64,000 bases of DNA from a virus. The position numbers and the translations under genes are program-made. Positions 17,357 to 26,215 of this stretch are shown here, piece by piece; position 1 is the stretch's first letter; every line of letters begins with the position of its first letter. The notes beneath the pieces are model-generated. The model worked only from the letters and a program-made list of their open reading frames with translations. It was not told the origin of the DNA and did not search any database. The stretch is from the IMG/VR virus record IMGVR_UViG_3300023171_000009, positions 9,113-73,112 of that record, one strand, 5' to 3'.

Positions 17357-17704
17357 TTAAGAAAAGAGAATTACAACGGCGACGGCTATACCAATAAAGG
17401 TTAAAAAAGAAAAAATTATAAATAAAGTATGTTTCAAGACCTGAAGGTTTTCTATCCTTTTTTGTTCGTCTACAATTTGTCGTTCCACGTAAGCCGCAGC
17501 ATCCATTAGCTCTTGCTGGTGGTGATTCAACCAATCAAGACGGGAAAGGTCTTTCCTATCAAGACCTACTCCGTATTTTTTCAACCCTGCTTGACTTCGG
17601 GACAAAAATTTCTCCCTAACACGTTCGATAATAGGATCTAGCGTATAACCATTTCTGGATATAGGGTTAGGCTGGGGCGGTGGGTTATCGTTAGGAAAAA
17701 TCAT
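17357..17704 (-). CDS. Helical phage protein, possible all-alpha dNTP pyrophosphatase-like
   Basis: GLKKYGVGLDRKDL..DWLNHHQQELMDAAAY. Confidence 0.55.
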   Translation of the reverse strand: MIFPNDNPPPQPNPISRNGYTLDPIIERVREKFLSRSQAGLKKYGVGLDRKDLSRLDWLNHHQQELMDAAAYVERQIVDEQKRIENLQVLKHTLFIIFSFLTFIGIAVAVVILFS

Positions 17705-18129
17705 AGAACTGTATCGTCTAAAGGTTCAAGTATTTCAACCTTCTTAGGCATACGCACTAACAATCCGTTGAAATTAGAATCCCTGACAAAGCCGTTTCGA
17801 TTATACCAGCTAATCAAATCACGATAGCTAAGCGGAGAATCAGGGTAAGGAGAGGGCACCACAAACGCCACACTTTGAGATTTATCCATGTGTGCTAGAA
17901 ATTCTTCTAACAAAGCAGTCCCATAACCGCGCCCTCTATATTTATCAGGGACGTTTATACGGGAAATCCAAAAACCAGACATCACAATAGACGGCAGGCT
18001 TTCGCTACTTAGATTTGCTTTATGAGCATCAAGAACCGCAGCAAACGGAGGCAGCTTCATAAAAACTGCCACATATTCTTCTCTCGCTATAGCGGTAACG
18101 CTAAATGGTTTATTGGTGTCTGCGCTCAT
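17701..18129 (-). CDS. GNAT-family acetyltransferase
   Basis: INVPDKYRGRGYGTALL; WYNRNGF. Confidence 0.85.
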   Translation of the reverse strand: MSADTNKPFSVTAIAREEYVAVFMKLPPFAAVLDAHKANLSSESLPSIVMSGFWISRINVPDKYRGRGYGTALLEEFLAHMDKSQSVAFVVPSPYPDSPLSYRDLISWYNRNGFVRDSNFNGLLVRMPKKVEILEPLDDTVL

Positions 18130-18167
18130 TGAGTATACTAAACTGAATATCGATAGTTGCAAACGCG

Positions 18168-18548
18168 TTATGTGTTTTGCTGCAACGATTTCACTTTTTT
18201 ATTATACTTAGTTTCTGGTATTGGACAAGGCGTTAATTCAGGATATTTGCCTGATTCTTGAAGCTCTTTAATCCTTGAATACCTGCGGTCTTTTCCACCT
18301 GTTTTTATAGCACTTTCTAAGCTCGCGGCATCACCTCTGCTAGCGCAATATTTAATAAAGACAAGCTCAACCGGTCGCCTGCTACGCGTATACATCGCGG
18401 GTGATTTAGTTCCGGGCTCTCCATTATGTTCATCAACACGACGTTCAATATCCAATGTCATACCTGTATAAATTGAACCATCTGCGCAACGTAACATGTA
18501 AACACAATATCGACCTTCTTCTTTTTTACTGAATTTGAATTTTCCCAT
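18168..18548 (-). CDS. GIY-YIG nuclease
   Basis: YCVYMLRCADGSIYTGMT.DIERRVDEHN. Confidence 0.9.
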   Translation of the reverse strand: MGKFKFSKKEEGRYCVYMLRCADGSIYTGMTLDIERRVDEHNGEPGTKSPAMYTRSRRPVELVFIKYCASRGDAASLESAIKTGGKDRRYSRIKELQESGKYPELTPCPIPETKYNKKVKSLQQNT

Positions 18549-18933
18549 ATTTGTTATCGTATTCTTCTTTTAACTCTATCCAATATTTAGCGGCAAACTT
18601 TGCCTCTCCTTTTACAATCTTATCCTTAGTCGTAGAAAGCACAACACTTAACATATCAGATAAACGGCGTGCTTCTGTTAAGGTGCCTGTGGCCACTATC
18701 CAAAGAACGTCAAATTTCTTAAACCTAGCTCTCCTTTTTCCTGAGATTAACGAACTTCTGTTATGCTTTGGCCATACGTATCCGTGACTATGCTCCTTTA
18801 TACGTTGTTGTATCATATCGGTTACTCCAACATGATAAAAACATACGGTTTCCTCAGTGTATTTAGCTTTACGAAATTCACGCAAGATATAAATGCACGG
18901 AACAGGTATCACTTCTTTTCGTTCTGCCAGCAT
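18526..18933 (-). CDS. GIY-YIG-like protein
   Basis: CIYIL...YHVGVTDMIQQRIKEH. Confidence 0.6.
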   Translation of the reverse strand: MLAERKEVIPVPCIYILREFRKAKYTEETVCFYHVGVTDMIQQRIKEHSHGYVWPKHNRSSLISGKRRARFKKFDVLWIVATGTLTEARRLSDMLSVVLSTTKDKIVKGEAKFAAKYWIELKEEYDNKYGKIQIQ

Positions 18934-18934
18934 A

Positions 18935-19150
18935 TTAACGTTTGATTTTATAACATGGTTTTTTACAGCCGTGATTATAAGATCCGATATGATTAGGGTC
19001 AGTTATGCAAGGAGGCTTTGGCTCCGGTTTCTTTTTATCACCTATAACCCATAAAGAGGCTTTAATTAGAACTGCTATTAATACACCCATGCCTATGAAA
19101 ATAGCAGGAGTATCTAAATCAACCATTGATAAAATTTGCAACGATTTCAT
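18935..19150 (-). CDS. Small membrane protein
   Basis: One TM; start codon overlaps a 14-bp site. Confidence 0.6.
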   Translation of the reverse strand: MKSLQILSMVDLDTPAIFIGMGVLIAVLIKASLWVIGDKKKPEPKPPCITDPNHIGSYNHGCKKPCYKIKR

Positions 19151-19162
19151 AATTTAGTAAGA

Positions 19163-19456
19163 CTAAGGAGTCAATTTAAAATCGTTATAGCCGATTTTTA
19201 TTATACTAACTTCAGATACTTTTTTCCATTTAGCCTCGTCTCCAGAAACTAAAAAAATTTCAAGACCTAGCGATTTCTTAGAATAGACTTTTACACATTT
19301 TATATCCTTAAAGTTATCAGGAACAGCCCTATTAGGGTTTACGGATACCAAAGTTGTATTATTGGGAAGTTCATCGACCTTGTAAGCATAACAACGTCTA
19401 AAAACTTCAGCCGGGGTTTCTACTGGCACTTTCTCACTGTTTTTACGCTTACTCAT
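19163..19456 (-). CDS. Hypothetical protein
   Basis: ORF. Confidence 0.6.
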   Translation of the reverse strand: MSKRKNSEKVPVETPAEVFRRCYAYKVDELPNNTTLVSVNPNRAVPDNFKDIKCVKVYSKKSLGLEIFLVSGDEAKWKKVSEVSIIKIGYNDFKLTP

Positions 19457-19676
19457 AGTATTCTAAAATCTCCAAATTTAATTTTATAATGCGTATCCGA
19501 CCTTTCCTAGTTTCACGGCATCTTGCGGCAGTTTGTCTAGCCTCGGATAAAGACCTAGCAATATACCCATAATCATAAAACTCTCTCAAAGTTGAATGTT
19601 CATGCTCTACTAAATATCTCGTTTTAAACGATAAACTAGGTATACACTTATGCTTCAACCATTTAAATAGTTTCAT
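19449..19676 (-). CDS. Hypothetical protein
   Basis: ORF. Confidence 0.6.
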   Translation of the reverse strand: MKLFKWLKHKCIPSLSFKTRYLVEHEHSTLREFYDYGYIARSLSEARQTAARCRETRKGRIRIIKLNLEILEYYE

Positions 19677-19933
19677 AATCTTAACGGAAACAAGAAATTA
19701 GGAAGCCGTTGTTCGTTAATGTAAACAGAATCAGTAAATCGATTTAATACTATCGTGTTAGACGCCGCTATATATTCAACAGTAAGCACTGGTATTTCTT
19801 TCCATCCCCAAGGGGAGCGATAATATACAGTCTCTCCCGTGCCCAGCGTCCGTAACCTATCCATGTCGTGAGCATGAAGTAACTTCCCATGCTCTCCTTC
19901 CTTTGGAACGTAAGATAAAGATTCTCTATCCAT
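19673..19933 (-). CDS. Hypothetical protein
   Basis: ORF. Confidence 0.6.
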   Translation of the reverse strand: MDRESLSYVPKEGEHGKLLHAHDMDRLRTLGTGETVYYRSPWGWKEIPVLTVEYIAASNTIVLNRFTDSVYINEQRLPNFLFPLRL

Positions 19934-19934
19934 G

Positions 19935-20606
19935 CTACTTTATCTTTTGTGTTACTTTAGCGCCGTTAGACGTTTTGACTTTTAGGCGAACATTGTCGTA
20001 AACCGTGTCTACGATAACGGCGGTTACCCCTCCACTGCAATTAAACGCCGTATCCACGTTTACAAACTTGTTTCCTTTGATGGATTTAGTTTTGATGTTA
20101 TCAAACTTAGTGTCTGTTTTTTGAATACGAATTCCTGTTATACCGCCGGACACCGTATTACCTTCAAACACCAACCCACGGGCATCATTACACTGGAAAC
20201 TCTTATCACTCGCGCCAAACGCCCGGCAATCTTTGATAGTAAAATCTTCACTATCGTCAACTACATTGCTAAGACAATCCTCTCCTGTCTCAAGGAAGGT
20301 GAGGTTAAAGAAAGTGCATCCTTTTTCGCGTGCTACAATCCCGCCCGGTATCGCTCTAACACTACCATTTTTAAGAGTAAATCCGGGTATGCGTGTCCGC
20401 AAAGGAATTGCATCTTCATCCTGTTTATTCTTTGGCTTGGGAAGTTTACTCCCCGAAATCTGACAGCCTTGAAGATCGACTACAGTTCCTGAAATCTTAA
20501 CAGGCTTACCCTTAAACGCTTCAATAACGTCCGCCATAGTCCGCCAAGTATTATTTTTCTGTGTTAGAAACAGGGTGGCTTTAGGTTTGATTTTGGGTGT
20601 AGTCAT
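19935..20606 (-). CDS. Pectate lyase family 3-like beta-helix protein
   Basis: GEDCLS...GASDKSFQCND resembles PL3 (C)EDA...ADKxxQxN. Confidence 0.7.
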   Translation of the reverse strand: MTTPKIKPKATLFLTQKNNTWRTMADVIEAFKGKPVKISGTVVDLQGCQISGSKLPKPKNKQDEDAIPLRTRIPGFTLKNGSVRAIPGGIVAREKGCTFFNLTFLETGEDCLSNVVDDSEDFTIKDCRAFGASDKSFQCNDARGLVFEGNTVSGGITGIRIQKTDTKFDNIKTKSIKGNKFVNVDTAFNCSGGVTAVIVDTVYDNVRLKVKTSNGAKVTQKIK

Positions 20607-20782
20607 TTGATTTAGATTGTTCAAGTAGTCTAGCCTGTTTTGCCTCCTCTTGCAACTGTTGCATACGCTGCGTTCTAAGAGGGTTTAGCTTTTTCATAAC
20701 TATTTCCTCCGAAACACAAGTTCCAGGTCTGTGGCTGTTTCTACAGCGAATGCAGTATATTACCATAATAAATGCAACGATT

Positions 20783-21076
20783 TCAATTTACTTTTGCTAG
20801 AATATCCCCCTCAGATACTATTAAACACTCCTCCCCGGATACTGTGGTTTTAGTGCCTGCCCCTTTGTTATAAAGAACGCGGTCACCTGTCTTAACAAAG
20901 AAATCAATACGAGTCCCGTCAGTGGCAAAATCGCCAAGTCCAGTTTCAACCACAATGGCGTAATCAGACTTTTCTTTGCAGCTTTCAGGAAAAATAATTC
21001 CTCCCTTACTAACTGTTTCAGCCGGAAAAGGCTTAATTAAAACTCGTTGTCCTAATGGTATAATTTTGTCAATCAT
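20783..21076 (-). CDS. groES: Co-chaperonin GroES
   Basis: PLGQRVLIK, SKGGIIFP, VKTGDRVLY, EGDILAKV. Confidence 0.95.
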   Translation of the reverse strand: MIDKIIPLGQRVLIKPFPAETVSKGGIIFPESCKEKSDYAIVVETGLGDFATDGTRIDFFVKTGDRVLYNKGAGTKTTVSGEECLIVSEGDILAKVN

Positions 21077-21297
21077 ATAAAAATATGTCCTTCTGGAAAA
21101 TTGTTTAACTCAGGTCGTTTTTTAAACAACCAACCTTCGATTGTTAAATGTAATCTAACGTCACCTTTGGCGTCTTGCGCAAACTTCTTTGTATATGTTA
21201 TTTGAGATTTTGGAATCCAAACACCGTCACCTGTATTCTTTGGCCTAATGTATAACGCTTTATCTGAAGAGCGAATTAGGTATGCTGATATTTTCAT
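21073..21297 (-). CDS. Hypothetical phage protein
   Basis: SDKALYI...VWIPKSQI. Confidence 0.7.
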   Translation of the reverse strand: MKISAYLIRSSDKALYIRPKNTGDGVWIPKSQITYTKKFAQDAKGDVRLHLTIEGWLFKKRPELNNFPEGHIFI

Positions 21298-21298
21298 A

Positions 21299-21502
21299 CT
21301 ATGCGTATAAATATAAAGCTTGGCATATTGGACATCTTTTATCCAAAGGAGGGTCTATCATTCCTCTTTTTTTAGTAGACACAGCCCCGCATTTTGCGGT
21401 CTTGCTTTCCACAAATACACCATCAACAAAAACTCTATCAAAAGCGTGGTATAGATCATCGAATTCTTGAGTGTTTTCTACAGGCTTACGAAGTGTTTTC
21501 AT
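21299..21502 (-). CDS. Hypothetical protein
   Basis: ORF. Confidence 0.6.
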   Translation of the reverse strand: MKTLRKPVENTQEFDDLYHAFDRVFVDGVFVESKTAKCGAVSTKKRGMIDPPLDKRCPICQALYLYA

Positions 21503-21503
21503 A

Positions 21504-21788
21504 TCAATTCTTAGGTAGAATAGCTTTTAAAGTTTCTATGCTGTAATCAGTAGCGTCTACTCCGTTAACTAAGACTTTAATTTCAACTAGTCCGGAATCA
21601 ACAGCGTTCGATAAAGTTTTCCATTCATCATACCTAAAACTAAGGTTTTTATGGGTTTTCTTTAGTCTTGAAACAAGGGCGGCATCTTCGCACTTGCTTG
21701 CGGCATCTGCGCTAAGATACGTATGTTTAGCACTTTCACTTTTGCTCCAATGAAGCGCTAGCTTCAACAAATCTTGCAACGATTTCAC
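21504..21788 (-). CDS. Hypothetical protein
   Basis: GTG start overlaps a 14-bp site. Confidence 0.6.
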   Translation of the reverse strand: MKSLQDLLKLALHWSKSESAKHTYLSADAASKCEDAALVSRLKKTHKNLSFRYDEWKTLSNAVDSGLVEIKVLVNGVDATDYSIETLKAILPKN

Positions 21789-22000
21789 TTTTTAGCAAAG
21801 TCTTCCGGCTTCAATTTCACATAATTAGTAAAATCGATACCGTAGTAATTCTTACGCCGCATATCCAAGTCAGCTTTGATTCCTGATTTCTTTTTGCGGC
21901 TTCTTTTCTTTGCAATCGTGATTTGAGGGCAGATGTAAATTGAAGCCTTGGGAGTTTTAGGCTCAATGTGGATATTAAACGGTTTTTTACAAGTAGTCAT
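21785..22000 (-). CDS. Hypothetical basic protein
   Basis: ORF. Confidence 0.6.
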   Translation of the reverse strand: MTTCKKPFNIHIEPKTPKASIYICPQITIAKKRSRKKKSGIKADLDMRRKNYYGIDFTNYVKLKPEDFAKK

Positions 22001-22015
22001 ATGGTGGATTTAAAT

Positions 22016-22053
22016 GGCCTGCCCCTAAGTGGGTAAAGTTTAAGGGCAGGCCG
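22016..22053. terminator. GC-rich hairpin, possible terminator or processing site
   Basis: GGCCTGCCC/GGGCAGGCC stem, weak U-tract. Confidence 0.45.
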
Positions 22054-22093
22054 GGTTTGTCTATCGGTGTTTTTCTTTGGTGCGGAGAGGGTG

Positions 22094-22387
22094 TTATTTA
22101 ACCAGTGACAAATCATCAAGGATCTTGTCAAAAGCATTGTCAGGAAGCCCTTCCTGGCTGCCGGACAAACGACGACAAAGTTCTTCAGCCTTCTTTTGTG
22201 TTTCCTTTGGCAAGGATTGCGTCAGCTTGAAAAAAGCCTTCATCGTCTTTTCTTTGGATGTTAGCCCTACCGTTCCTTCCTTTGGATCGCCTCCTTCAGC
22301 AGGACGGGCGGGGGTTACAATGACTTCTGGTGTAGCTTCCGGATTTTGTGGATCGGGAAGAGTAGTTGTATTAGTTGCTTCACTCAT
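22094..22387 (-). CDS. Hypothetical protein
   Basis: ORF. Confidence 0.7.
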   Translation of the reverse strand: MSEATNTTTLPDPQNPEATPEVIVTPARPAEGGDPKEGTVGLTSKEKTMKAFFKLTQSLPKETQKKAEELCRRLSGSQEGLPDNAFDKILDDLSLVK

Positions 22388-22433
22388 AGAATGTTAGTAT
22401 AGCAGATTATTTTAATATGACAAGGACGGCTGT

Positions 22434-22718
22434 TTACTTACGTGTTTCTTTTTTAGGTTCTGTTGGTTTGATGGCTTCCGCAAACGCTTGATATAAGGCG
22501 TAAGGTGAGTAATCCGTGCCGATAACCTGACCACCTTCCAATAAGATACTCGTTTCATAAAGATTATCGACACTCTTTGGATTACTGACGAAGCCAATAA
22601 TTCGCTTTGCATCCACTATGTGAACATCCTGAAGATCGTGTTTTTTAGGGTCGATCTTGAATTCAGCCACATTAATAATGATAGGCTCTTTTGGTATTAG
22701 GTATAGTGCTAGAAACAT
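22434..22718 (-). CDS. Hypothetical protein
   Basis: ORF. Confidence 0.65.
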   Translation of the reverse strand: MFLALYLIPKEPIIINVAEFKIDPKKHDLQDVHIVDAKRIIGFVSNPKSVDNLYETSILLEGGQVIGTDYSPYALYQAFAEAIKPTEPKKETRK

Positions 22719-22774
22719 AGTGAAATCGTTGCAAAGTTTGAACTATACGTCGCTAAGTAAAAAGCCGTGGTAAA

Positions 22775-23056
22775 TTACTTATAGTAAGTATATTTGCTAA
22801 AATAGTCTAAATTGATTGTTATAGCCCTTGCGGCTGCCAATTTAAGCTCATAGGCTTTAAAATCGTAGTCCTTTATTGAGAATTCACGAATTGGGTCAAG
22901 TATTTTTCCTGTATCGACTAATTCTCTAAGTCGCTCTTTAGTAACAAACCAAATCCTAGATTTATCAAATTGTTCAAGAAGACGTGTAGTGCTTAATGAA
23001 AAGTGATCTGGATATCCTTTATGACAAGGGCGGTCGCTAAAACTTACTTCTTTCAT
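22775..23056 (-). CDS. Hypothetical protein
   Basis: ORF. Confidence 0.6.
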   Translation of the reverse strand: MKEVSFSDRPCHKGYPDHFSLSTTRLLEQFDKSRIWFVTKERLRELVDTGKILDPIREFSIKDYDFKAYELKLAAARAITINLDYFSKYTYYK

Positions 23057-23168
23057 GGCTTATAGACTTCAATTCCGTCCCTTGTGAAGTAATAACCAAC
23101 TTGCGGACCTTTTTTATACCTGCGTGCCGTTAGGTTCAGGACTTTTTTCAAAATTAGAATTAGGTATT

Positions 23169-23678
23169 TCATGTAGTTAGTTCTATGTGGTTTGGATAGT
23201 AGTAAACGGTGTTAAAGCGCTCTATTTTTTGTATCTCACAATTAGACACTAGGATTTCCAATCCTTTAAAAACTTTAGCCTGTGCATTAATAATGCCCGT
23301 AGTGTAACTGATTATTTTTTGAGCTACGTCCAAGTGTGTGATACCTCTTGGAGAATTAGCAACCACGTAAAAACACAAGCCATCTAAACTAACCATGCGT
23401 TCCGATAACCCACTAAAAAAGTCTTCTATTTCATAACTGGCTAAAAAAGACGCGTCACTATTTATTTTCAAGCTGCGCTCTGGAGTATGTCCGGACGGTT
23501 TCTTTACGTTAGGACGGCACTTTTTAGCTGCCGATTTGGCTTCTTTAAGCTGTTCCTCTATTCTAGCTAATCCTGTCAGGTAATCAGCTTTTTGAGTTTT
23601 ATTTTTCCATTTAATGACAACACCAGTTGTGTTTTTCAAAATGGCTTTTGCTTGTCGTTCCGAAAGTTCGATTTGCAT
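23169..23678 (-). CDS. Hypothetical protein
   Basis: ORF. Confidence 0.65.
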   Translation of the reverse strand: MQIELSERQAKAILKNTTGVVIKWKNKTQKADYLTGLARIEEQLKEAKSAAKKCRPNVKKPSGHTPERSLKINSDASFLASYEIEDFFSGLSERMVSLDGLCFYVVANSPRGITHLDVAQKIISYTTGIINAQAKVFKGLEILVSNCEIQKIERFNTVYYYPNHIELTT

Positions 23679-23679
23679 T

Positions 23680-23955
23680 TTAGTTGGAAGATTGTTTGAG
23701 AGTTAATTCAACCGCTACCGCTAAATTTATCATTCTTGCCGCGTCGGGCTGCGTAAGCTTTTTAGAAGCTTCTTCACTATCGTTCACCAATATAGCGTAT
23801 TCAATAAAGCTTAATCCAGAAACTTTTACACCCTCATAAAAACTAGAGGATAACGACTGAACTGCGTCAGCCCATTTTTCACGGCCTAAAGTATCTATGG
23901 TATATTGCCTACACTCTAACAATTTAGCATGGATCATATTTTGAAAAAGTTGCAA
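23680..23955 (-). CDS. Hypothetical protein
   Basis: ORF. Confidence 0.6.
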   Translation of the reverse strand: MQLFQNMIHAKLLECRQYTIDTLGREKWADAVQSLSSSFYEGVKVSGLSFIEYAILVNDSEEASKKLTQPDAARMINLAVAVELTLKQSSN

Positions 23956-23956
23956 A

Positions 23957-24244
23957 TTAGAGTCTGAACCTTTTTATCGTTCTATTTTCTTCTTTCTCCT
24001 TACGTTTAAGAAGCTTAGCGCGGGCTTCAGCTATCATTTGTTTACGTTTTTCCAGTGGATCAATTTTCTCTTTTAAAGGGCCGTTACTTTCTTTTAACGA
24101 AGCTATCGGAACTTTCCATCCGTTAAATAATACAACTATTTCAATAGTTTTTCCTTCATTATCAATATCAAGGAAGGAGCGTTTGACGGGATATCTTCCC
24201 CCCGCAAAAGTAACAATATCTCCTTCTGAATACTTAGTTTTCAC
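23957..24244 (-). CDS. Hypothetical protein
   Basis: ORF. Confidence 0.65.
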   Translation of the reverse strand: MKTKYSEGDIVTFAGGRYPVKRSFLDIDNEGKTIEIVVLFNGWKVPIASLKESNGPLKEKIDPLEKRKQMIAEARAKLLKRKEKEENRTIKRFRL

Positions 24245-24705
24245 AAACTCTTGAACTTTGCTTGATAGTTAGGAGTCCCCGGAACTGTTGCTTGAGCCGC
24301 AAAAACAGGGCCTAAATTATTCTCTACCGCACTAATAGAAGTTGTGAAAACTCCGGAATCATAAAGTTTTTTTAACGATAGTCCGGATACTTGTAGCAAC
24401 CGCTCAATGTCGATAATCTGACGGCTAGAGTTTTCATAAGTCACCAAGACTTTCTTTTTCTGCCCGTCTACCATTCCAGAAACTTCAAATGTATCTATGC
24501 CATTTTCAGACATAAACTCACTCACCATAGCCCGTTGTTTGTTATAGGCGTTTAAAGCCCGAGATTGAAGAATCCTGTTATTTTCTCCTTCCAACGCGGC
24601 TTTTACAATGTTTTCCGGTATTGCTTTTTTACTAGCAGCTTTTTTTGCAATCGTTGCAACTGCCTTTAAAGGCTGACTTTTAACAGCAGGTCTATGAATT
24701 TTCAT
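24241..24705 (-). CDS. Hypothetical protein
   Basis: ORF; promoter TTGACA-N16-TAAATT at 24715-24742. Confidence 0.7.
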   Translation of the reverse strand: MKIHRPAVKSQPLKAVATIAKKAASKKAIPENIVKAALEGENNRILQSRALNAYNKQRAMVSEFMSENGIDTFEVSGMVDGQKKKVLVTYENSSRQIIDIERLLQVSGLSLKKLYDSGVFTTSISAVENNLGPVFAAQATVPGTPNYQAKFKSL

Positions 24706-24742
24706 TGGTAAAGAAATTTAACTGGTTTACTTAAATTGTCAA

Positions 24743-25039
24743 TCAATCAAGTGTGCGGAAGTCAGTTATTTTTCCGGCTTTGATTCCCCGTAGTAACATT
24801 TCATCCCAAGACATCGTTTTAAGATGTCTTAACTGTTCGGATTCTTCAAGTGAAGACAGATACTCGAAAAGCTCATCGCGAGCTTGTGACGCGTGTTCGG
24901 CTAGTTTTTTGACAAAGTGTAAAAAAGCGGCTTTTTTTGCACCTTCAGTGATCTTACTGGTAGAGGGGGCGCATAAAATAGGCTCTACCCGCAAGGTTGA
25001 TTGCTCTGGCCCATTTTTTTTGTTAATTTTTAATTTCAT
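24743..25039 (-). CDS. Hypothetical protein
   Basis: ORF. Confidence 0.6.
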   Translation of the reverse strand: MKLKINKKNGPEQSTLRVEPILCAPSTSKITEGAKKAAFLHFVKKLAEHASQARDELFEYLSSLEESEQLRHLKTMSWDEMLLRGIKAGKITDFRTLD

Positions 25040-25042
25040 AAA

Positions 25043-25276
25043 TTAATTATACCTTGTCTTATCAGATATGCGATTCCATCGGGCAAAAGTCCTACAATGT
25101 GCTTTCCAGCGCCTGTTACGCTTAGCGGATCTAGGTGGATGGTCGCTGCCTGTGTGACACCATGTCCAATTTCTATTATGGCAAATAGCTTTTGCCCTAG
25201 CTAAAGCAGCGGATGCTTTACCTACTTCGCGGTGAAACTTCATGTAATTAAAATTATCAAAGGTATCTATACTCAT
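25043..25276 (-). CDS. Hypothetical protein
   Basis: ORF; promoter TTGCGT-N16-CATTGT at 25316-25343. Confidence 0.65.
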   Translation of the reverse strand: MSIDTFDNFNYMKFHREVGKASAALARAKAICHNRNWTWCHTGSDHPPRSAKRNRRWKAHCRTFARWNRISDKTRYN

Positions 25277-25389
25277 TTTGTTTGGAAGGATTGCGGTTTT
25301 CCTCTCAGTGTAAACACAATGGACGTAAAAAATAGGAACGCAAGTGATTTTTCTTCAATTTCTTTAAAAAAATGAAATCATTGCAACTT

Positions 25390-26130
25390 TTATTCCGGCT
25401 CCACGTCAATTGTTCGCCCCGTAGCTTGTCGTGACCGGTTTTCTTGAATTTGCTGAACCCTGTCCCCGATTGACGCAAGCATTTCAAGTGTTGCGTTTTG
25501 ATCATTCATCCTATTCATGACTAAAGAATTAGGTTTAACCTCGTTAATCGATTCGATTTCTTTAGGGGTTAGTCCGTAAAGCACCATTTTTTTGTCGAAA
25601 AGGTCTAAAAGATTTTTTGCAACAAGCTGCCTTATTTTTGCCTCTCCTCTTGTATTTAGCTTGCTAAAGTCATCATATAACATAGTTTCAAGGAACGACA
25701 ACTTTCCAAGCATTAACCCACGTGCTTGTTTAACGTTAGAGACTCCCCCCGCAACCTCCATGCGTAGCATACATTCGGCTAACAAAGATTTAGCCTCTGT
25801 ATTAGATAATCCGTATACGAAAGATATTTCAGCAGTAGAAGTTACTCCTTGCATTGCTAATAAATCGATACCTTGAATCAATTGTTCTTTTTTGGTTGCG
25901 GGATCGTCGCTAAAGTCTGTTAAAGCTTTAACAAGGGTTTTTCTATCAGACAAACAAACTTCTGTTGTAGTTGCCTGATATATATCCATTCCGGGGAGGT
26001 TAGCCTCATTCTCAAGGACGGGGAATTCTGGAATTTGTCCAGGCTCGGGCGGACCTATAGGAACATTAGCCGGAACTTGCCTAATAACTGTTGCGGCCCT
26101 GCGAATGGAGTTGCGGCGAGTAAGCTTCAT
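25390..26130 (-). CDS. HTH-containing protein, possible terminase small subunit
   Basis: Central HTH-like GVTSTAEISFVYGLS, helical body, C-terminal TIDVEPE; identity is inference. Confidence 0.4.
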   Translation of the reverse strand: MKLTRRNSIRRAATVIRQVPANVPIGPPEPGQIPEFPVLENEANLPGMDIYQATTTEVCLSDRKTLVKALTDFSDDPATKKEQLIQGIDLLAMQGVTSTAEISFVYGLSNTEAKSLLAECMLRMEVAGGVSNVKQARGLMLGKLSFLETMLYDDFSKLNTRGEAKIRQLVAKNLLDLFDKKMVLYGLTPKEIESINEVKPNSLVMNRMNDQNATLEMLASIGDRVQQIQENRSRQATGRTIDVEPE

Positions 26131-26148
26131 AAAGTGAAATCGTTGCAC

Positions 26149-26184
26149 AAAAACCGCCGCCTCCAATCACGGAAAGCGGCGGTT
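26149..26184 (-). terminator. Rho-independent terminator
   Basis: AACCGCCGC/GCGGCGGTT stem plus U-tract. Confidence 0.8.
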
Positions 26185-26215
26185 AATGAGTTAGGGGTAA
26201 CTTTTAAACTACCGC

